A stretch of 63,854 nt of DNA, filler included, from Chiloscyllium plagiosum (Eukaryota): assembly GCF_004010195.1 (NCBI RefSeq). It is 4 parts of one record of this genome, joined end to end, with 100 filler letters (N's around TTAATTAATTAA, not from the genome) between each part and the next. Parts side by side here need not be neighbours in the genome. Positions count along the whole stretch, not along the records: positions 1 to 22,323 come from NC_057711.1; 3 more parts are not named here. One strand, written 5' to 3'. This document shows, in pieces, positions 1 through 12,478 of this stretch. The position numbers were made by a program, and so were the translations under genes. How positions within the stretch are numbered: the stretch's first letter is position 1; each line of letters opens with the position of its first letter. A model generated the notes under the pieces. The model had not been told where the DNA came from and ran no database searches. It saw only the letters and a program-made list of their open reading frames with translations.

Positions 1-755
1 TGAAGTCCCCCATGACAACTACCCTGCCTCTCTCACTCCTATCGAAAATCATGTTTGCTATCCTTTCCTCTTTGGGACTATTCGGAGGCCTATAGAAAAC
101 TCCCAGCATGGTGACTTCTCCTNNNNNNNNNNNNNNNNNNNNNNNNNNNNNNNNNNNNNNNNNNNNNNNNNNNNNNNNNNNNNNNNNNNNNNNNNNNNNN
201 NNNNNNNNNNNNNNNNNNNNNNNNNNNNNNNNNCACACCTCCCCCTCTTTTACCATTTTCTCTGTTCTTACTGAAACATCTGAATCCCGGAACCTGCAAC
301 AGCCATTCCTGTCCCTGCTCTATCCATGTCTCCGTAATGGCCACAACATCGAAGTCCCAGGTACCATCCCACGCTGCCAGTTCACCCACTTTATTTCGGA
401 TGCTCCTCGCGTTGAAGTACACGTACTTCAAACCAGGTTCTCGCTTGCCAGTGTCAGATACTTGATTTGGGAACTCCCTACTCTCATCCTCTTCTGTACC
501 TGTCCTACAATTTTGGTTCCCATCCCCCTGCTGTATTAGTTTAAATACACCTAAATAGTTTTATTGAATTTCCCACCCAGGATATTGGTACCCCACTGGT
601 TTAGATGAAGACCATCCTGCTTGTAGAGGTCCCAACTACCCCAGAAAGAGCTCCAGTTATCCAAAAACCCGAAACCCTCCCTCCTGCAACATCCCTGTAG
701 CCACGTGTTCAACTCCTTTCTCTCCCTATTCCTCACCTCACTAGCACGTGGCACG
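1..755 (-). mobile_element. CR1-clade LINE fragment (ORF1 SGNH-esterase C-terminus and ORF2 AP-endonuclease N-terminus), contains an N-gap
   Basis: ORF 551..754 (LNTWLQGCCRREGFGFLDNW...LYKQDGLHLNQWGT) is the CR1 ORF1 esterase end; ORF 90..431 (YFNARSIRNK...DVVAITETW...RGGGV) is the APE start. Confidence 0.9.
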
Positions 756-1789
756 TGAACTCCCTAATATCAACATCCTGGGAGTTACCATTGACCAGAA
801 ACTGAACTGGACTCTCCACATTAACACAATGGCTACAAGAGCAGGCCCTCCCTCCTGCACCATCCCTGTAGCCACGTGTTCAGAGGAACCTTGATTATCT
901 GGCAATAAATTATCTAAATATTGGAGAATCCAGTAAGATCGCAAGGTCTTGATCCTTGGTTAAACTATGCTATCCGGCATGATTATCCGGAATTTGATTA
1001 ACTGAATGAAATACTCCCTGCCTGTGTCTGACTCAGTCTCACATTACATCAGCAGGTGTTGCATAGTCAATGTCCTTGCCTGTCATCCACACAACCCTTA
1101 ATCAAAATCAATATGGTGGAGCCGCTTAGACTGATCAGAACCTTGTGCTCAACGACAATAGAAAGAATCGAGGTTCCCCTGTAACTATTCATCCATTGGG
1201 TCAAAGTCCTGGAACTGTCATCCTGTCAGCACTGAGAGTTTACCAGAACGACATGCAGGGGATCTAGAAGTCAGCTCACCCCCACCTTTTCCCCGGTGAC
1301 CAGGGATGGGCGATGAATGCCAGCCTCAGTGTACGTAAATAGTGTCTGGAGTTGGACCGAAGGGTCTGTTTTCCATGTTATACATCACTTTGTCTCTCAA
1401 TGCCTTTGGTTCCTGCAGCTGCAGGGAATGTCAAATTCCAATGTTTGTTCATGACACACGAGAACTGTACAGAACAGCTTTAGTACGTGTGAATGTAGGT
1501 AAAGATTTTTTTATGAATAAAATCGATTTTTGCGAAGAAAAACAATGAAGGCTGGCCAAGGCGCTGTCAGCAACATCCTGGAAGTGAATTAAAAAGATCC
1601 TAACCTGGTAATGTGAATGACTTGCAAAATTAAATACAAACACCCAAATGGATGACATTTTTTCCCTTATTCATTGAAGAGATGATGCCATCACTTGTGC
1701 AACATTCCATTAGCTGTTACTTGGTGTAACTCACTCAAGCCATTGTTCAATGGATTTTCCATAGAAGCATGTATTACTGTGAGGTTTAA

Positions 1790-2262
1790 TTTCTCAAGAA
1801 CTGTATACAATATGCCAAATGGGCCTAAGTAAAGTTATATACTGTATATGACTGCAATGTGACTTGTCATTTGTACACTCTATGCCCCAACTGTTGAAGA
1901 TAAACATGCCATATGCCTTCTTAACCATCTGATCCATTTGTGTTGCCACAATCAGGAAACTGTGGACCTGTACGCCTAGATCCCTCTGTATGTTGATGCT
2001 TCTGTCATCTACTGTATACCTCCTTCCTGGATTAGCCTTCAAAAATGCATCACCTCCCATCTGGCTGGATTAAATTCCATCTGCCCAAGTCTCCAGCCCT
2101 ATCGACATCCTGCTGTATCCTATGGTTACCCTCTTCACTATCTGTAGCTCTCCTAATCTTTGTGTCATCCACAAACCTACTAATCAGACCAACTCCATGC
2201 TCCTCCAAATCATTTATGTATTTATTACAAACCACAGGGGCCCCAACACTGATCCTGTCCTG
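1790..2262 (-). mobile_element. Decayed CR1 LINE RT fragment
   Basis: YINDLEE...ISRFVDDTKI and QRDLGVQVH...VKKAYGM motifs in ORFs 2050..2277 and 1794..2060. Confidence 0.8.
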
Positions 2263-2972
2263 CCCACTGTTCTGCACTCATCAATCATCTTTGATTTTAT
2301 TAAGTCGTAAGATTTGATGTTGATGGCCAGCATTTATTGCCCCGTCCCTAGTTGCCAGCCTTATTGAAAATGAGTGACCCTGGTGACAGACTAAAGGAGA
2401 AGGAATCTCTGCCTTTGTGCCGGACTCACTCCCCTGTCTGCTCTGGATCGATTTGAACAAAAGCAAAGGGTGGTGTACTGACTTGAACCTGGATAAACAG
2501 AAACTGACATCAGTTCCTGGGAGAATCTGGAATTATTTCAAACTTGATGACAACAAATTCTTGAGTCACAATACCATCTAGTGCCCAAACTGTAAATATC
2601 AGCTCCATGTGTTAGAAACTGTAACATCAGAACAGCAAAGAGCACTGTCCTGGCTCTCGACTGGGAGCTTCCTCTTTAATTTCATTTCCGTAACCTTTTC
2701 CCATATTTCATATGATGATTATAGACCAGGAAAGGTTCAATTTCCCTTCAGTCCCCTGTAACTGATTCAAAACCTCAGAGTGCTTTACTTTTCACAGGGC
2801 GACAGAATTGTTACTGTACAAAAGGAGACTCTTCAGCCCATCTTGCCTCTCCTGGCTCTTCAAGTAGATATCCATGACTTAGTGCCAATCTCCTGCTTTA
2901 TCCCAAATCTTGCACAGTATTTCTATCTAACTTATCACCCAATGCTCTTTTGAATGCCTCAATTGAACCTGT

Positions 2973-3324
2973 GCTGAAAATGTGTTGCTGGAAAAGCGCA
3001 GCAGGTCAGGCAGCATCCAAGGAACAGGAGAATCGACGTTTCGGGCATGAGCCCTTCTTCAGGAAGGGCTTATGCCCGCCTCTTCGTGGGATATGTGGAA
3101 CAGTCCATCTTCCGCAGCTACACTGGCGCCACCCCCCACCTTTTCCTCCGCTACATCGATGACTGTATCGGCGCCGCCTCGTGCTCCCACGAGGAGGTCG
3201 AACAGTTCATCCACTTTACCAACACCCGACCTCAAATTCACCTGGACCGTCTCAGACTCCTCCCTCCCCTTCCTAGACCTTTCCATTTCTATCTCGGGTG
3301 ACTGAATCAACACGGACTCCCTCT
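2973..3324. mobile_element. Penelope-like insert: inverted pLTR piece with hammerhead motif (-) joined to an RT-core fragment (+); 15-bp TSD
   Basis: TSD ctcaattgaacctgt at 2958-2972 and 3325-3339; PLE RT motif YARLFVGYVEQ...FLRYIDDCIG; hammerhead motif on - strand at 3031-3065. Confidence 0.85.
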
Positions 3325-3366
3325 CTCAATTGAACCTGTATCCACCCCATCTCCAGGCACACTTTA

Positions 3367-3785
3367 GAGACCGAACAGGCTGGGGTTGTTTTCCCTGAAG
3401 CATCAGAGGCTTGAGGGGTGACCTTGTAGAGATTTATAAAATCATGAGGGGCATGGATAGGATGAATAGACAAGGTCTTTTCCCCAGCGTAGCTGAGTCC
3501 AAAATGAGAGGACATAAGTTTAAGGTGAAAGGGGAAAGACTTAAACCGGACCTAAGGGGTAACTTTTTCACATACACGATGGTGTGCATATGGACTGAGC
3601 TGCCAGAGGAAGTGGTGGATGCTGGTACAATTACAACATTTGAAAGGCATCTGGATGGGTATATGAATACGAAAGGTTTAGAGAGATGATTGGCAATGGG
3701 ACTAGATTAATTTAGGATATCTGCTTGGTATGAATGAGTTGGACCGAAAGGACTGATTCTGTGCTGTCCATCTCTATGACTCTAA
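3367..3785 (+). mobile_element. CR1 (HER1-like) LINE 3' end
   Basis: RGDLVEIYKIMRGMDR...RGHKFKV...FFT C-terminal motif and ctctatgactcta tail. Confidence 0.9.
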
Positions 3786-3967
3786 ATATGCATTTAAAAT
3801 TTGCTGAGTTGGCAAAATAAAATGAATAGAAACACACATGAAACATATTGAAAAATCAACGGTTAGACAATAACCCAATGATTAGATAAGTTGCTAGTCT
3901 TAATGTTTCCGTTTCTAAAGGGATGTGGGCATTTTTACCTAAGTGTTATAATTCAAGAGTGATTAAG

Positions 3968-4265
3968 GGGTGGCACGGTGGCTCAGTAGTTAGCACTGCT
4001 GCCTCATAGCACCAGGGTTCCAGGTTCGATTCCAACCTCGGGCAACTGTCTGTGTGGGGTTTGCACATTCTCCCCCTATCTGCCTGGGTTTCCTTCCGTA
4101 GTCCTACGATGTGCAGGTCAGGTGAATTGGCCATGCTGAATTGCCCATAGTGTTAGGTGCATTAGTCAGAGGGAAATGGGTCTGGGTTGGTTACTCTTCG
4201 GAGGATCGGTGTGGGCTGGTTGGGCCAAAGGGCCTGTTTCCACACTGTAGGAAATCTAATCTAAT
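3968..4265 (+). mobile_element. HE1-type tRNA-derived V-SINE
   Basis: A box tggctcagtag, B box ggttcgattcc, V-domain (tttgcacattctcccc...gggtttcc), CR1-like tail ending (aatct)n. Confidence 0.9.
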
Positions 4266-5022
4266 GCACTGTCACAGGGTTCTGTTTAAAAAGGACATAT
4301 TGGATCAGGTGTGATAATGTAACTATTTATCAGCTAAACAGCAAGTGCTTGATCAGAGGATTGAACTGCGTAAATACACTACAGTTGACCAGATGACATC
4401 AAGGTGGCAACAAAGTGAGCCAGCTAACGATAAGGTCAAAGTTTGTTAAAACCCAGAGATTAGCCTCTCTTTCCAGGGAGGCATAAACAACTCCTAATGA
4501 GTAATTGACCAAATTGGCCATGATGGATGGCACATTGGTGATACAGTCAACCTGATCAAATCACTGGACAGTGTTAAAGCTGAATGCACAGCCTGAGAAT
4601 GTGGAAACAGGGAATATAGGAAAGCTGGTCTCACAGCACAGTTGGCCAGCTCAGGAAGATGTCTGATCAACGGCCAGAGGGTGACCACCTGTTTCTGTCT
4701 GATCCCTGGACAAATCCCGGTGTTTTTGAGTGCAAGTATTGCATGGGTAAGCATGATATATTAGTGCTTTTGCAGTATTTTATCATGCACTTTAATGAAG
4801 AACATTAGGTATATCCCATTGTTAGAACAGACTTGGGTTACTGATATTCAAGGCAAACTTGACAGATCATGGAAAGTAGCAGTAAAAGCTGACAATATCA
4901 AGATTATTTGCTGTGCAAAAACGCTTTCCTCATCTTGCATATGCTTCTTTTGCAAAACACTTTAAATCCTTCTGGTCCTCGATTCTTTTACAAGCTGGAA
5001 CTGAAGAACTTATAAAGAAGGG

Positions 5023-5747
5023 TTTTACGACACAAGGCAAACCCCTCCGCTAATTTAAACCAGCATCACAGAAAAGATTCACCCCGTGCTGTAATTTGTT
5101 AAAATTCGAGAGACAAAGCACTATCCCAAAAGTCACTAGTTAAAGTAAACACAAACAACTTTTATTCTTTAAGTTTAACAGAGAATATTTAGTAACAACT
5201 ATTTGCAACTCCTTCCTCTTAAAGTTATCTTTCCTCTCCCACTCTCCAATACTATTCAGATTTTAAAAATCCCGATTACGATTTATAAAAAGACACGTTT
5301 CAAAACCAGTCAGCTTTGCCAAATCTTCTTTGTAGATTCTCTCCAGGTTGGTTTCAATGTTTTGCTATGCAAACGTCTTCCACAGACAGGTACCTCTCAG
5401 AGAACTCTTAAACTAGCAGCCTAAATCTGTTGGTCTTTTGACAGTTCTCTCTCAACTGTTCAAAAATGTCCAATATTTATACCCCAAAACATCAGGTAGT
5501 TTAATTGGTTTTAATAATATCAAAATACTAAATTCAAACGCGATCGGAGTTTGGTATCTTGGGGCATAATTTAAACTGATTGCCTGAATTTGAATTTGTT
5601 TTTGTTTCATGGCAACCCATCTACTGCTAGCTGTTTCAACCAAATATTACATTGTTACCTTGTTCAGAACACTTTGTGCTGTGTCCGTCAAGCCTTGCTA
5701 GCTTTTCAACTCTCTTAAAAGTACAGGACCTCTACACTTTCATAGCA
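5023..5747. mobile_element. Probable solo LTR
   Basis: Termini ttttacga...tcatagca resemble decayed TGTTA..TAACA inverted ends; 4-bp TSD aggg at 5019-5022 and 5748-5751; no ORF. Confidence 0.55.
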
Positions 5748-5751
5748 AGGG

Positions 5752-6350
5752 TCATACAGTCATAGAGATGTATAGCACAGAAACAGACCATTCAGTCCTA
5801 CTCCATGCCAACTGGATATCCTAATGTAGTCCCATTTTTCAGCTTTTGGTCCATTTTCCTCTAAACCCTTCCTATTCATATACCCATCCAGGTGCCTTTT
5901 AAATGTTGTAATTATACCAGCCTCCACCACTTCCTCTGGCAGCTCATTTTATACACTACCATCCTCTGCATGAAGAAGTTGTCCCTTATGTCCCTTTTAT
6001 ATCGTAACCCTCTCACCCTAAACCTATGTCCTCTAGTTCTGCAATCCCCATCCCAGGGTAAAGACTTTGTGTCCATGCCCCTCATGATTTTATAAATCTC
6101 TATAAGGTCACCCCTCAGCCTTCAATGCTCCAGGGGAAAACAGCCCTAGCCTACTCAGCCTCTCCCTGTAGTTCAAATCCTCCAACCCTGGCAACATCTT
6201 TGTACATTTTTCTGAACCCTTTGAAGTTTAACAACATCCTTCCTATTGGAGGGAGTCCAGAATTGCACACAATATTCCAAAGTGGCCTAACCAATGTCCT
6301 GTACAGCCGCAACATAACATCCCAACCCTGATACTCGATACTCTGACCAA
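5752..6350 (-). mobile_element. CR1 LINE 3' portion
   Basis: Reverse complement of the same CR1 3' end seen at 3367 and 51604, including the ctctatgact tail. Confidence 0.9.
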
Positions 6351-6382
6351 CTGGACCTGAAATGCTAACTCTGTTTCTCTCC

Positions 6383-7478
6383 TGCTCATCGACTTCAGCT
6401 CCACCTTCAATGGCATTATCTCTTCCAGACTGACCTCAAAACTCCGAGACCTAGATCTCACTCCGTCGTCTGTATCTGGATCCTCAGCTTCCTGACAAAC
6501 AGACTGCAATCAGTGAAGGTAAGGAACTGCATCTCCTCCACGATAATACTCAACACTGGGCCAGGCTGTGGTCTCAGTCCCCCACGGTACTCCCTGTATA
6601 CCCGTGTAGCCAAAGTCCAAACAAACACCATCTGCAACACCACCCTGGTAGGATGGATATCAAATAACGATGAGTCACAATACAGAGAGGTGATAGATGG
6701 CTGGGTGTCGTGGTGCAATGATAACAGACTCCCTGAAAGTCGGCTGACCAAAAGAACTGATCATTGACTTCAGAAAGAAAGATGGAGAACACGTCTCCAT
6801 CTATATCAATGGAGCTGAGGTTGAGAGGTTGGACAGCTTCAAGTTCCTCAGAGTGACGATCAACGACAACCTGTCCTGGACTTCTCATGTTGAAGTGAAG
6901 GTCAAGAAGACACAACGGCACCTTTCCTTCCTCAGGCAACTCAAGAAATTTGACATGTCCATAAGGACCCTCACCAACCTTTACAGATGCACCATTGAAA
7001 GTATACGCCTGGGTGCATAACAGCCTGGTATGACAACTGCTCTGCCCAGGGCCATAAGAAAGTATAGTAGTTTGTGTGCACAGCCCAGACCATCACGGAA
7101 GCCAACCTCCCATCCATGGACTCCATCTACACTTCTCGTTGCCATGGAAAGGCTGCCCCCTTCCACCCTGGTAATGCTCTCCTGCAACCTCTTCCATCAG
7201 GCAGAAGGTACTGAAGCCTGAACACTCGCACCAACAGATTCAGGAACAGCTTCTTCCCAGCCGCTATTTGACCTCTCTTACTTCAAATAATGTCGATCTT
7301 GCCTCGCATCCTTCCTGTGTGGTGTAACTTGCATACCTCACTCTATCCAAGGATGTTTTCACCTTATGATCAAAATGTCCTTGATTACTATGATCTGCTG
7401 TACTGCACATAAACAAAGCTTTTCACTGTATATAGGTACATATGACAATAAATCAAATCAATCAATCAACCAATCAAT
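6383..7478 (+). mobile_element. Rex-Babar LINE, 5'-truncated and decayed
   Basis: LLIDFSSTFN, SFKFLRVTINDNLSWTSH..KKTQRHLSFLRQLKKF and NRFRNSFFP motifs; aataaa followed by (atca)n tail. Confidence 0.85.
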
Positions 7479-7716
7479 TTCTCCAACAATGCTGCCAGAC
7501 CTGCTGAGTTTCTCTAGGAATTACACACTGCTGATACTGAGCTCGGTGGTGGAGGGCGTGAATTGCTTGTGGATGTGCCTGCTTTGACTTGGATGGTGTC
7601 AAGCTACTTGGGTGTTGTTGGAGCTGCACCCACCCAGGCAAGTGAATTGAATTGAATTCATTGTCATGTGTACCAAGGCGCAGTGAAAAGCTTTGTCTTG
7701 TGAGCAATACAGGGAG

Positions 7717-7998
7717 ATCACAGAGTTAAGTAGCATAGATAAGTAAATAATAGGTAAACAGCCGCAAAAACAAAAGCACAGGGTATAGGCAAATGTTGTT
7801 TGTAATATATCTGTATATGTATATATAAATAATTTGGATGAAAATATCAGATCAGTAATCACAGAGTTAAGTAGCATAGATAAGTAAATAATATGTAAAC
7901 AGCGGCAAAAACAAAAGCACAGGGTATAGGCAAATGTTGTTTGTAATATATCTGTATATGTATATATAAATAATTTGGATGAAAATATCAGATCAGTA
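7717..7998 (+). repeat. Tandem direct duplication, 2 x 141 bp
   Basis: 7717-7857 and 7858-7998 are near-identical (two substitutions seen). Confidence 0.95.
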
Positions 7999-8089
7999 AG
8001 TTTGCAAAATTGATGCAGTTGTGGGTAGTGAGGAAGGTTGTCGAAGGATGTGGTGAGATACAGATCAGTTAGGAAGTTAGGAAGTGAAG

Positions 8090-8412
8090 CATATGGTGGC
8101 TCAATGGTTAGCACTGCTACCTCACAGCGCCAGGGACTTGGGTTCGATTCCCACCTCAGGTGACTGTGTGCGGAGTTTGCACATTCTTCCCACGTCTGCG
8201 TGGGTTTCCTCTGGATGCTCCGGTTTCCTCCCACAGTCCAAAGATTGGCAGGTCAGGTGAATTGGCCATGCTAAATTGCCCATAGTGTTAGGTGCAATAG
8301 TCAGGGGTAAATATAGGGTAGGGGGAATGGGTCTGGGTGGATTACTCCTTGGAAGGTTGGTGTGAACTTGTTGGGTGAAGGGCCTATTTCCACACTATAG
8401 GGAATCTAATCT
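8090..8412 (+). mobile_element. HE1-type V-SINE
   Basis: tggctcaatgg A box, ggttcgattcc B box, V-domain, aatctaatct tail. Confidence 0.9.
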
Positions 8413-8414
8413 AG

Positions 8415-10028
8415 ACGTGTGAGATGATGCATTTTGGGAGGTCAAGTGCGAGGGGAAGGTGTACAGTAAATGGCAATACTCTTCGGGGCATTGATGTACA
8501 AAGGGATCATTGTGCCAATACAAGTGGATAAGGTGGTAAAGAAGGCACAAGTACACTGTGTACTTGTCTTTATCAGTCAGGCCACTGAGTATAAAGGTTG
8601 GCAAATCATGTTGCAGCTGCATAAACCTTTAGTTAGGCCATATTTGGAGTATTGTGTGCAGTTCTGTGCATTGTGTGCAGTTGGGAAGGATATGGAGGCT
8701 TTACCAGGATGTTACCTTGGTTGGAATGTATTAGCTACGGGGAGAGGTTGGACAAACTTGGATTGTTTTTTGCAAAAGGTTTGGAGGCTGAGGGGTGGTC
8801 TGATAGAAGGATATAATATTATAAGAGGCATGGACAGGGTGGATAGTCAGAGTCTTTCTCCCCAGGATGGAAAGGTCAAATACTAAAGTGCATAGGTTTG
8901 AAGTGAAGGGCAGGGGAAGTTTCAGGTTGATGTGCGAGGGATGTTTTTTACACAGAGGGTGATAGGTGCCTGGAACACAAGGCCACTCATGACTGTGTGG
9001 CCAAATTCTGCCCCAACTCCTTTTCCAAGTTCGCTGACGACACCACCATTGTGGGTGGGAACTCAAACAACCATGAGACAGAGTACAGGAAAGATTGAGT
9101 GCTTGGTGACATGATGTCAAGACAACAATCTCTCCATCAACATCAGCAAAATAAAAGAGTTGGTCATTAACTTTTGGAAGCAGGGTTGAGGGCATGCCAT
9201 GGTGCTGGGTGAAGGTGCTGAGGTGGAGGTGGTTGACAGCATCAAGTTCCTGGGAATAACTATCACCAACAATCTGTCCTGGTTCATCCACGTCAACACA
9301 ATAGTCAAGAATGCACAACAGCACCTCCACTTCCTCAGGAGACAAAGGAATTTGGCGAGTCTACAAAGACTCTCAACAATTTTTATAGATGCCCCATAGG
9401 AAGCATTCTTTCTGGATGCACCACGGCTTGGTTTGGCAACTGCTTTGCCAAAGATCACAAGAAACTACAGAAAGTGTGGACACAGTCCAGTGTATCACAC
9501 AGAGTAGCCTTCCATCCATTGACTCCATCTACACCTCCCACTGCCTCGGGAAAGAAACCAACGTAATCAAAGACCCCTCCCACCCCATTATACTCTTTTC
9601 CACCCTCTTCCATTGAGCAGAAAATGTAAAAGTTTGTATACACAAATGAACAGATTCAAGAACAGCTTCTTCCCCATTGTTACCAGACATTTGAATGGAC
9701 TTCTCAAATGTTAATGTTAATCTCTCTCTCTCTCTCTGCACCTTCTCTGTGGCTGAAACACTGTGTCCTGCAGGCTGTTCTGCTACCCTGATGCACTTTG
9801 TATGGTATGATCTGCCTGTAGATCAGGCAAAATAACACTTTTTCACTGTGGCTCGATTCACATGACAACAATAAATCAAACATGATAGCAACGTTTAAAG
9901 AAGCATTTAAACAGATACAGTGAACAGGCAGGGAATCGAGGGAGACAGACCATGTGCAGGCAGCTGGGATTTGTTAAAAATGACACCATGGTTGACATGG
10001 ATATGTTTAGGCATGTTCTATATTCTAA
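8415..10028 (+). mobile_element. Decayed CR1 3' portion interrupted by a Rex-Babar LINE
   Basis: VKKAQ...LVRPYLEYCVQF and FFTQRVIGAWN motifs; the CR1 3'UTR resumes after about 9882. Confidence 0.75.
8980..9881 (+). mobile_element. Rex-Babar LINE, 5'-truncated
   Basis: KFADDTT, VDSIKFLGITITNNLSW..HV, NRFKNSFFP motifs; aataaatcaaa end. Confidence 0.85.
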
Positions 10029-10275
10029 GACAATCAAGAACGCAATTCAGTGAAGCTTCTCTGAGCTGCCTCAAATAAAACTTCATTCCTCCTCAAGTAA
10101 AGGGATGGAAATTGCGCGCAATACTTAAGATACAGTCTCACTTATGTGTTATGCAGTTGCATTAACACTTCTTTCCTTTTGTACTCTAATCCTTGAGCAA
10201 TAAATGCTAAAATTCGATCTGACTTCCTGATTACTCCGTACTTACACACTAGGTTTCTGTGAGGACTATCCAATC

Positions 10276-10950
10276 TGTTATGGACCAGACCAACCCCCCG
10301 CCCCCCCCACACACACACACACACACTTGCAACATGTCAAGAAAGCAGGGTGGACCCTAACTTTGCTTATTGTTTTAAGCATGTGTAGAGTGGATGTTCT
10401 CGGAGGGATACAGCCAGCCTAATGACTTAATTCTAAAAAAAAACAGAATTTATTTGCAAGATTACTGCATGAACCACAAACAAAAGAGAACAGAAAACTG
10501 AATAACTTAACCTATCCGAAAACCCAATAGACTATCCCAATTTAATTATGCTGTTCCAAATGCTTGCAACAATCCCAAAAAACACCCCTTTGCAAACAAA
10601 GGTAAAATCAAACACAGGTTCTTATCGGATAGATGTCCGAGAGACGGGGTATCAGCATGAATCTGCCTCTTTGGGTCACAACTGACTGACAGCTTTCAGT
10701 GAACAGCCAGACCGCTAAAACCAAACCAAACCAAACCAGAGGGAAGCTGAGCTGGGAGAACTGGCCACTCCCCTTTCATGGTACAAGTGTCTGTTTTTAA
10801 ACTTGAAAGCCTTTTGCCTTAGGCCGTATCTGTTAGCTATAATCAAACTGGCCCTAAAACCCTTCACTTTCAGAATTGTTGCATTTATAACCTCTCTGAA
10901 AAAAAAACCCAAGGGCAGCATAGTCTTGTTAAAGGATCAGCATTGTCACA
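10276..10950 (-). repeat. 3' LTR of the Gypsy element
   Basis: TG...CA ends (tgttatgga...tgtcaca on +); homologous to the 16002-18441 LTR pieces; adjacent purine tract aagggggtggtga on - at about 10951-10963. Confidence 0.85.
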
Positions 10951-12396
10951 TCACCACCCCCTTAAAAAATGAACCATCACTATCCAAAGACGGCTTCATT
11001 TTAAAACCCCTTAATCTTAAATTGTGAGCACACTCCGACACCAATATGCATTATGCTGACAACAATCATGCCAACATGCACTATTATATTTTGTTTCAGT
11101 CTGTTTGATTCCTGCCCCCGAATGCCTCAGTTTCTTTCTCAACACTGCGTCGGCAATCGTGTTTTCTCAACCTGCCACATGCACAATTGTCAAAGTGAAT
11201 GGCTGTAACAACAAACTCCATCTAAACAGGCTGGCATTGTGTCCTCAAATTTCTCAACAAACCTCAATGGGTTATGATCAGTGTATATGATTTTCTCAAA
11301 TATATTGCTGGTAACATAAACTTTGAAATGTTGCAATGCCAACACCAAGCTCAAAGTCTCCTTCTTAACTGTTGAATATTTCTTCTGATGAATGTTCAAT
11401 TTCCTGGAGAAATACTCGATAGGTCTTTCCATCTTATCGTTCCTGTAAGAGAACAGCACCAATACCCATATTCGTTTGCATCAAAAGAATAGCTTTGCGT
11501 AATTAAGTGTGGCTAACACTGGGGAAGTGGTTAACACAGCTTTCAGGCTGTCAAATACCTTCTGACAGTCCGCTGTCCACTGGCACTTCTTGCCTTTCTT
11601 CAGCAATTCAGTGAGTGGAGCAGTCATACTGCTAAAATTTGGTACGAATTTTCAATACAATCCACTCAATCTCAGGAATCGTAGTACCGCTCTTTTTGTT
11701 GATGGTATGGGAAATCCTCAGTTGCTTTTGTTTTCACATCCTATGGGGCCATTTGTCCATGTCGAATACCAGGGCCCAGGAAGGTGACTTGAGCTTTAGC
11801 AATTTCATTTTTAGCCAGTTTATCACCAAGCCTGCCTTCCGAAGTCGATTGAACTGTTCTGATAAATGTTGTAACTGTTACTTCCACGTGTGACTAAAAA
11901 GGTCATCCATATAAACAACACAGTCGGGTAATCTGGAAATGACTTTATTGGATTAGTCTCTGAAATATGGCTGGTGCATTTTTCATATTAAATGGCATGA
12001 TTTTAAACTGATACAGTCCACTTGGCATTATGAAAGCCAAAATTGTCTTTGCTCTTTGATAAAGATACCTGCCAGTACCCTCTGAGTAAGTCCAACTTAG
12101 AAATGTAAGTTTCTTGTCCCCCCTCTTCAGTACAGTCTTCCAACCGTGGAATTGGATATTCATCAGTCTTTGTAATTGCATTGACTTTGTGATAGTCCAT
12201 ATAACCATGGGTACCATCTTGTTTTGACACCATTTTACAATGGGTGAGCTTCAATCACTATAACTCACTATGGTTACGTAGTCTTGGAGCATGCGCTCTA
12301 TCTCCTTCTGAACCAGTGCCAACTTTAGAGGGTTATGCACATAAGGATGTTGCTTATTCAGAAAAACACTTCCTTTCTCTACACCATGCATAATTA

Positions 12397-12478
12397 TTTA
12401 AGAACGTGGTGCTGGAAAAGCAGGTCAGGCAGCATCCGAGGAGCAGGAGAATCATTGTATCGGGCATACGCCCTTTAT
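12397..12478 (-). mobile_element. Short Penelope pLTR-derived insert, 12-bp TSD
   Basis: TSD catgcataatta at 12385-12396 and 12479-12490; gctggaaaag..caggtcaggcagcatcc core; decayed hammerhead. Confidence 0.8.

Noticed and set aside
3968..4045. tRNA-like A/B boxes (also 8090, 23675, 29950, 43915, 49225)
   Set aside because: These are SINE heads continuing into SINE bodies, not tRNA genes.
4609..4752. Cys-containing frame (GRCLINGQRVTTCFCLIPG) ending at a gg|gtaagc donor, vaguely EGF-like
   Set aside because: Cys spacing is incomplete and there is no convincing acceptor; agggtgacca...tcccgg looks more like a hAT-type terminal remnant.
7599..8234. 211-aa ORF with an internal repeat
   Set aside because: Antisense read-through of a SINE plus the 141-bp tandem duplication.
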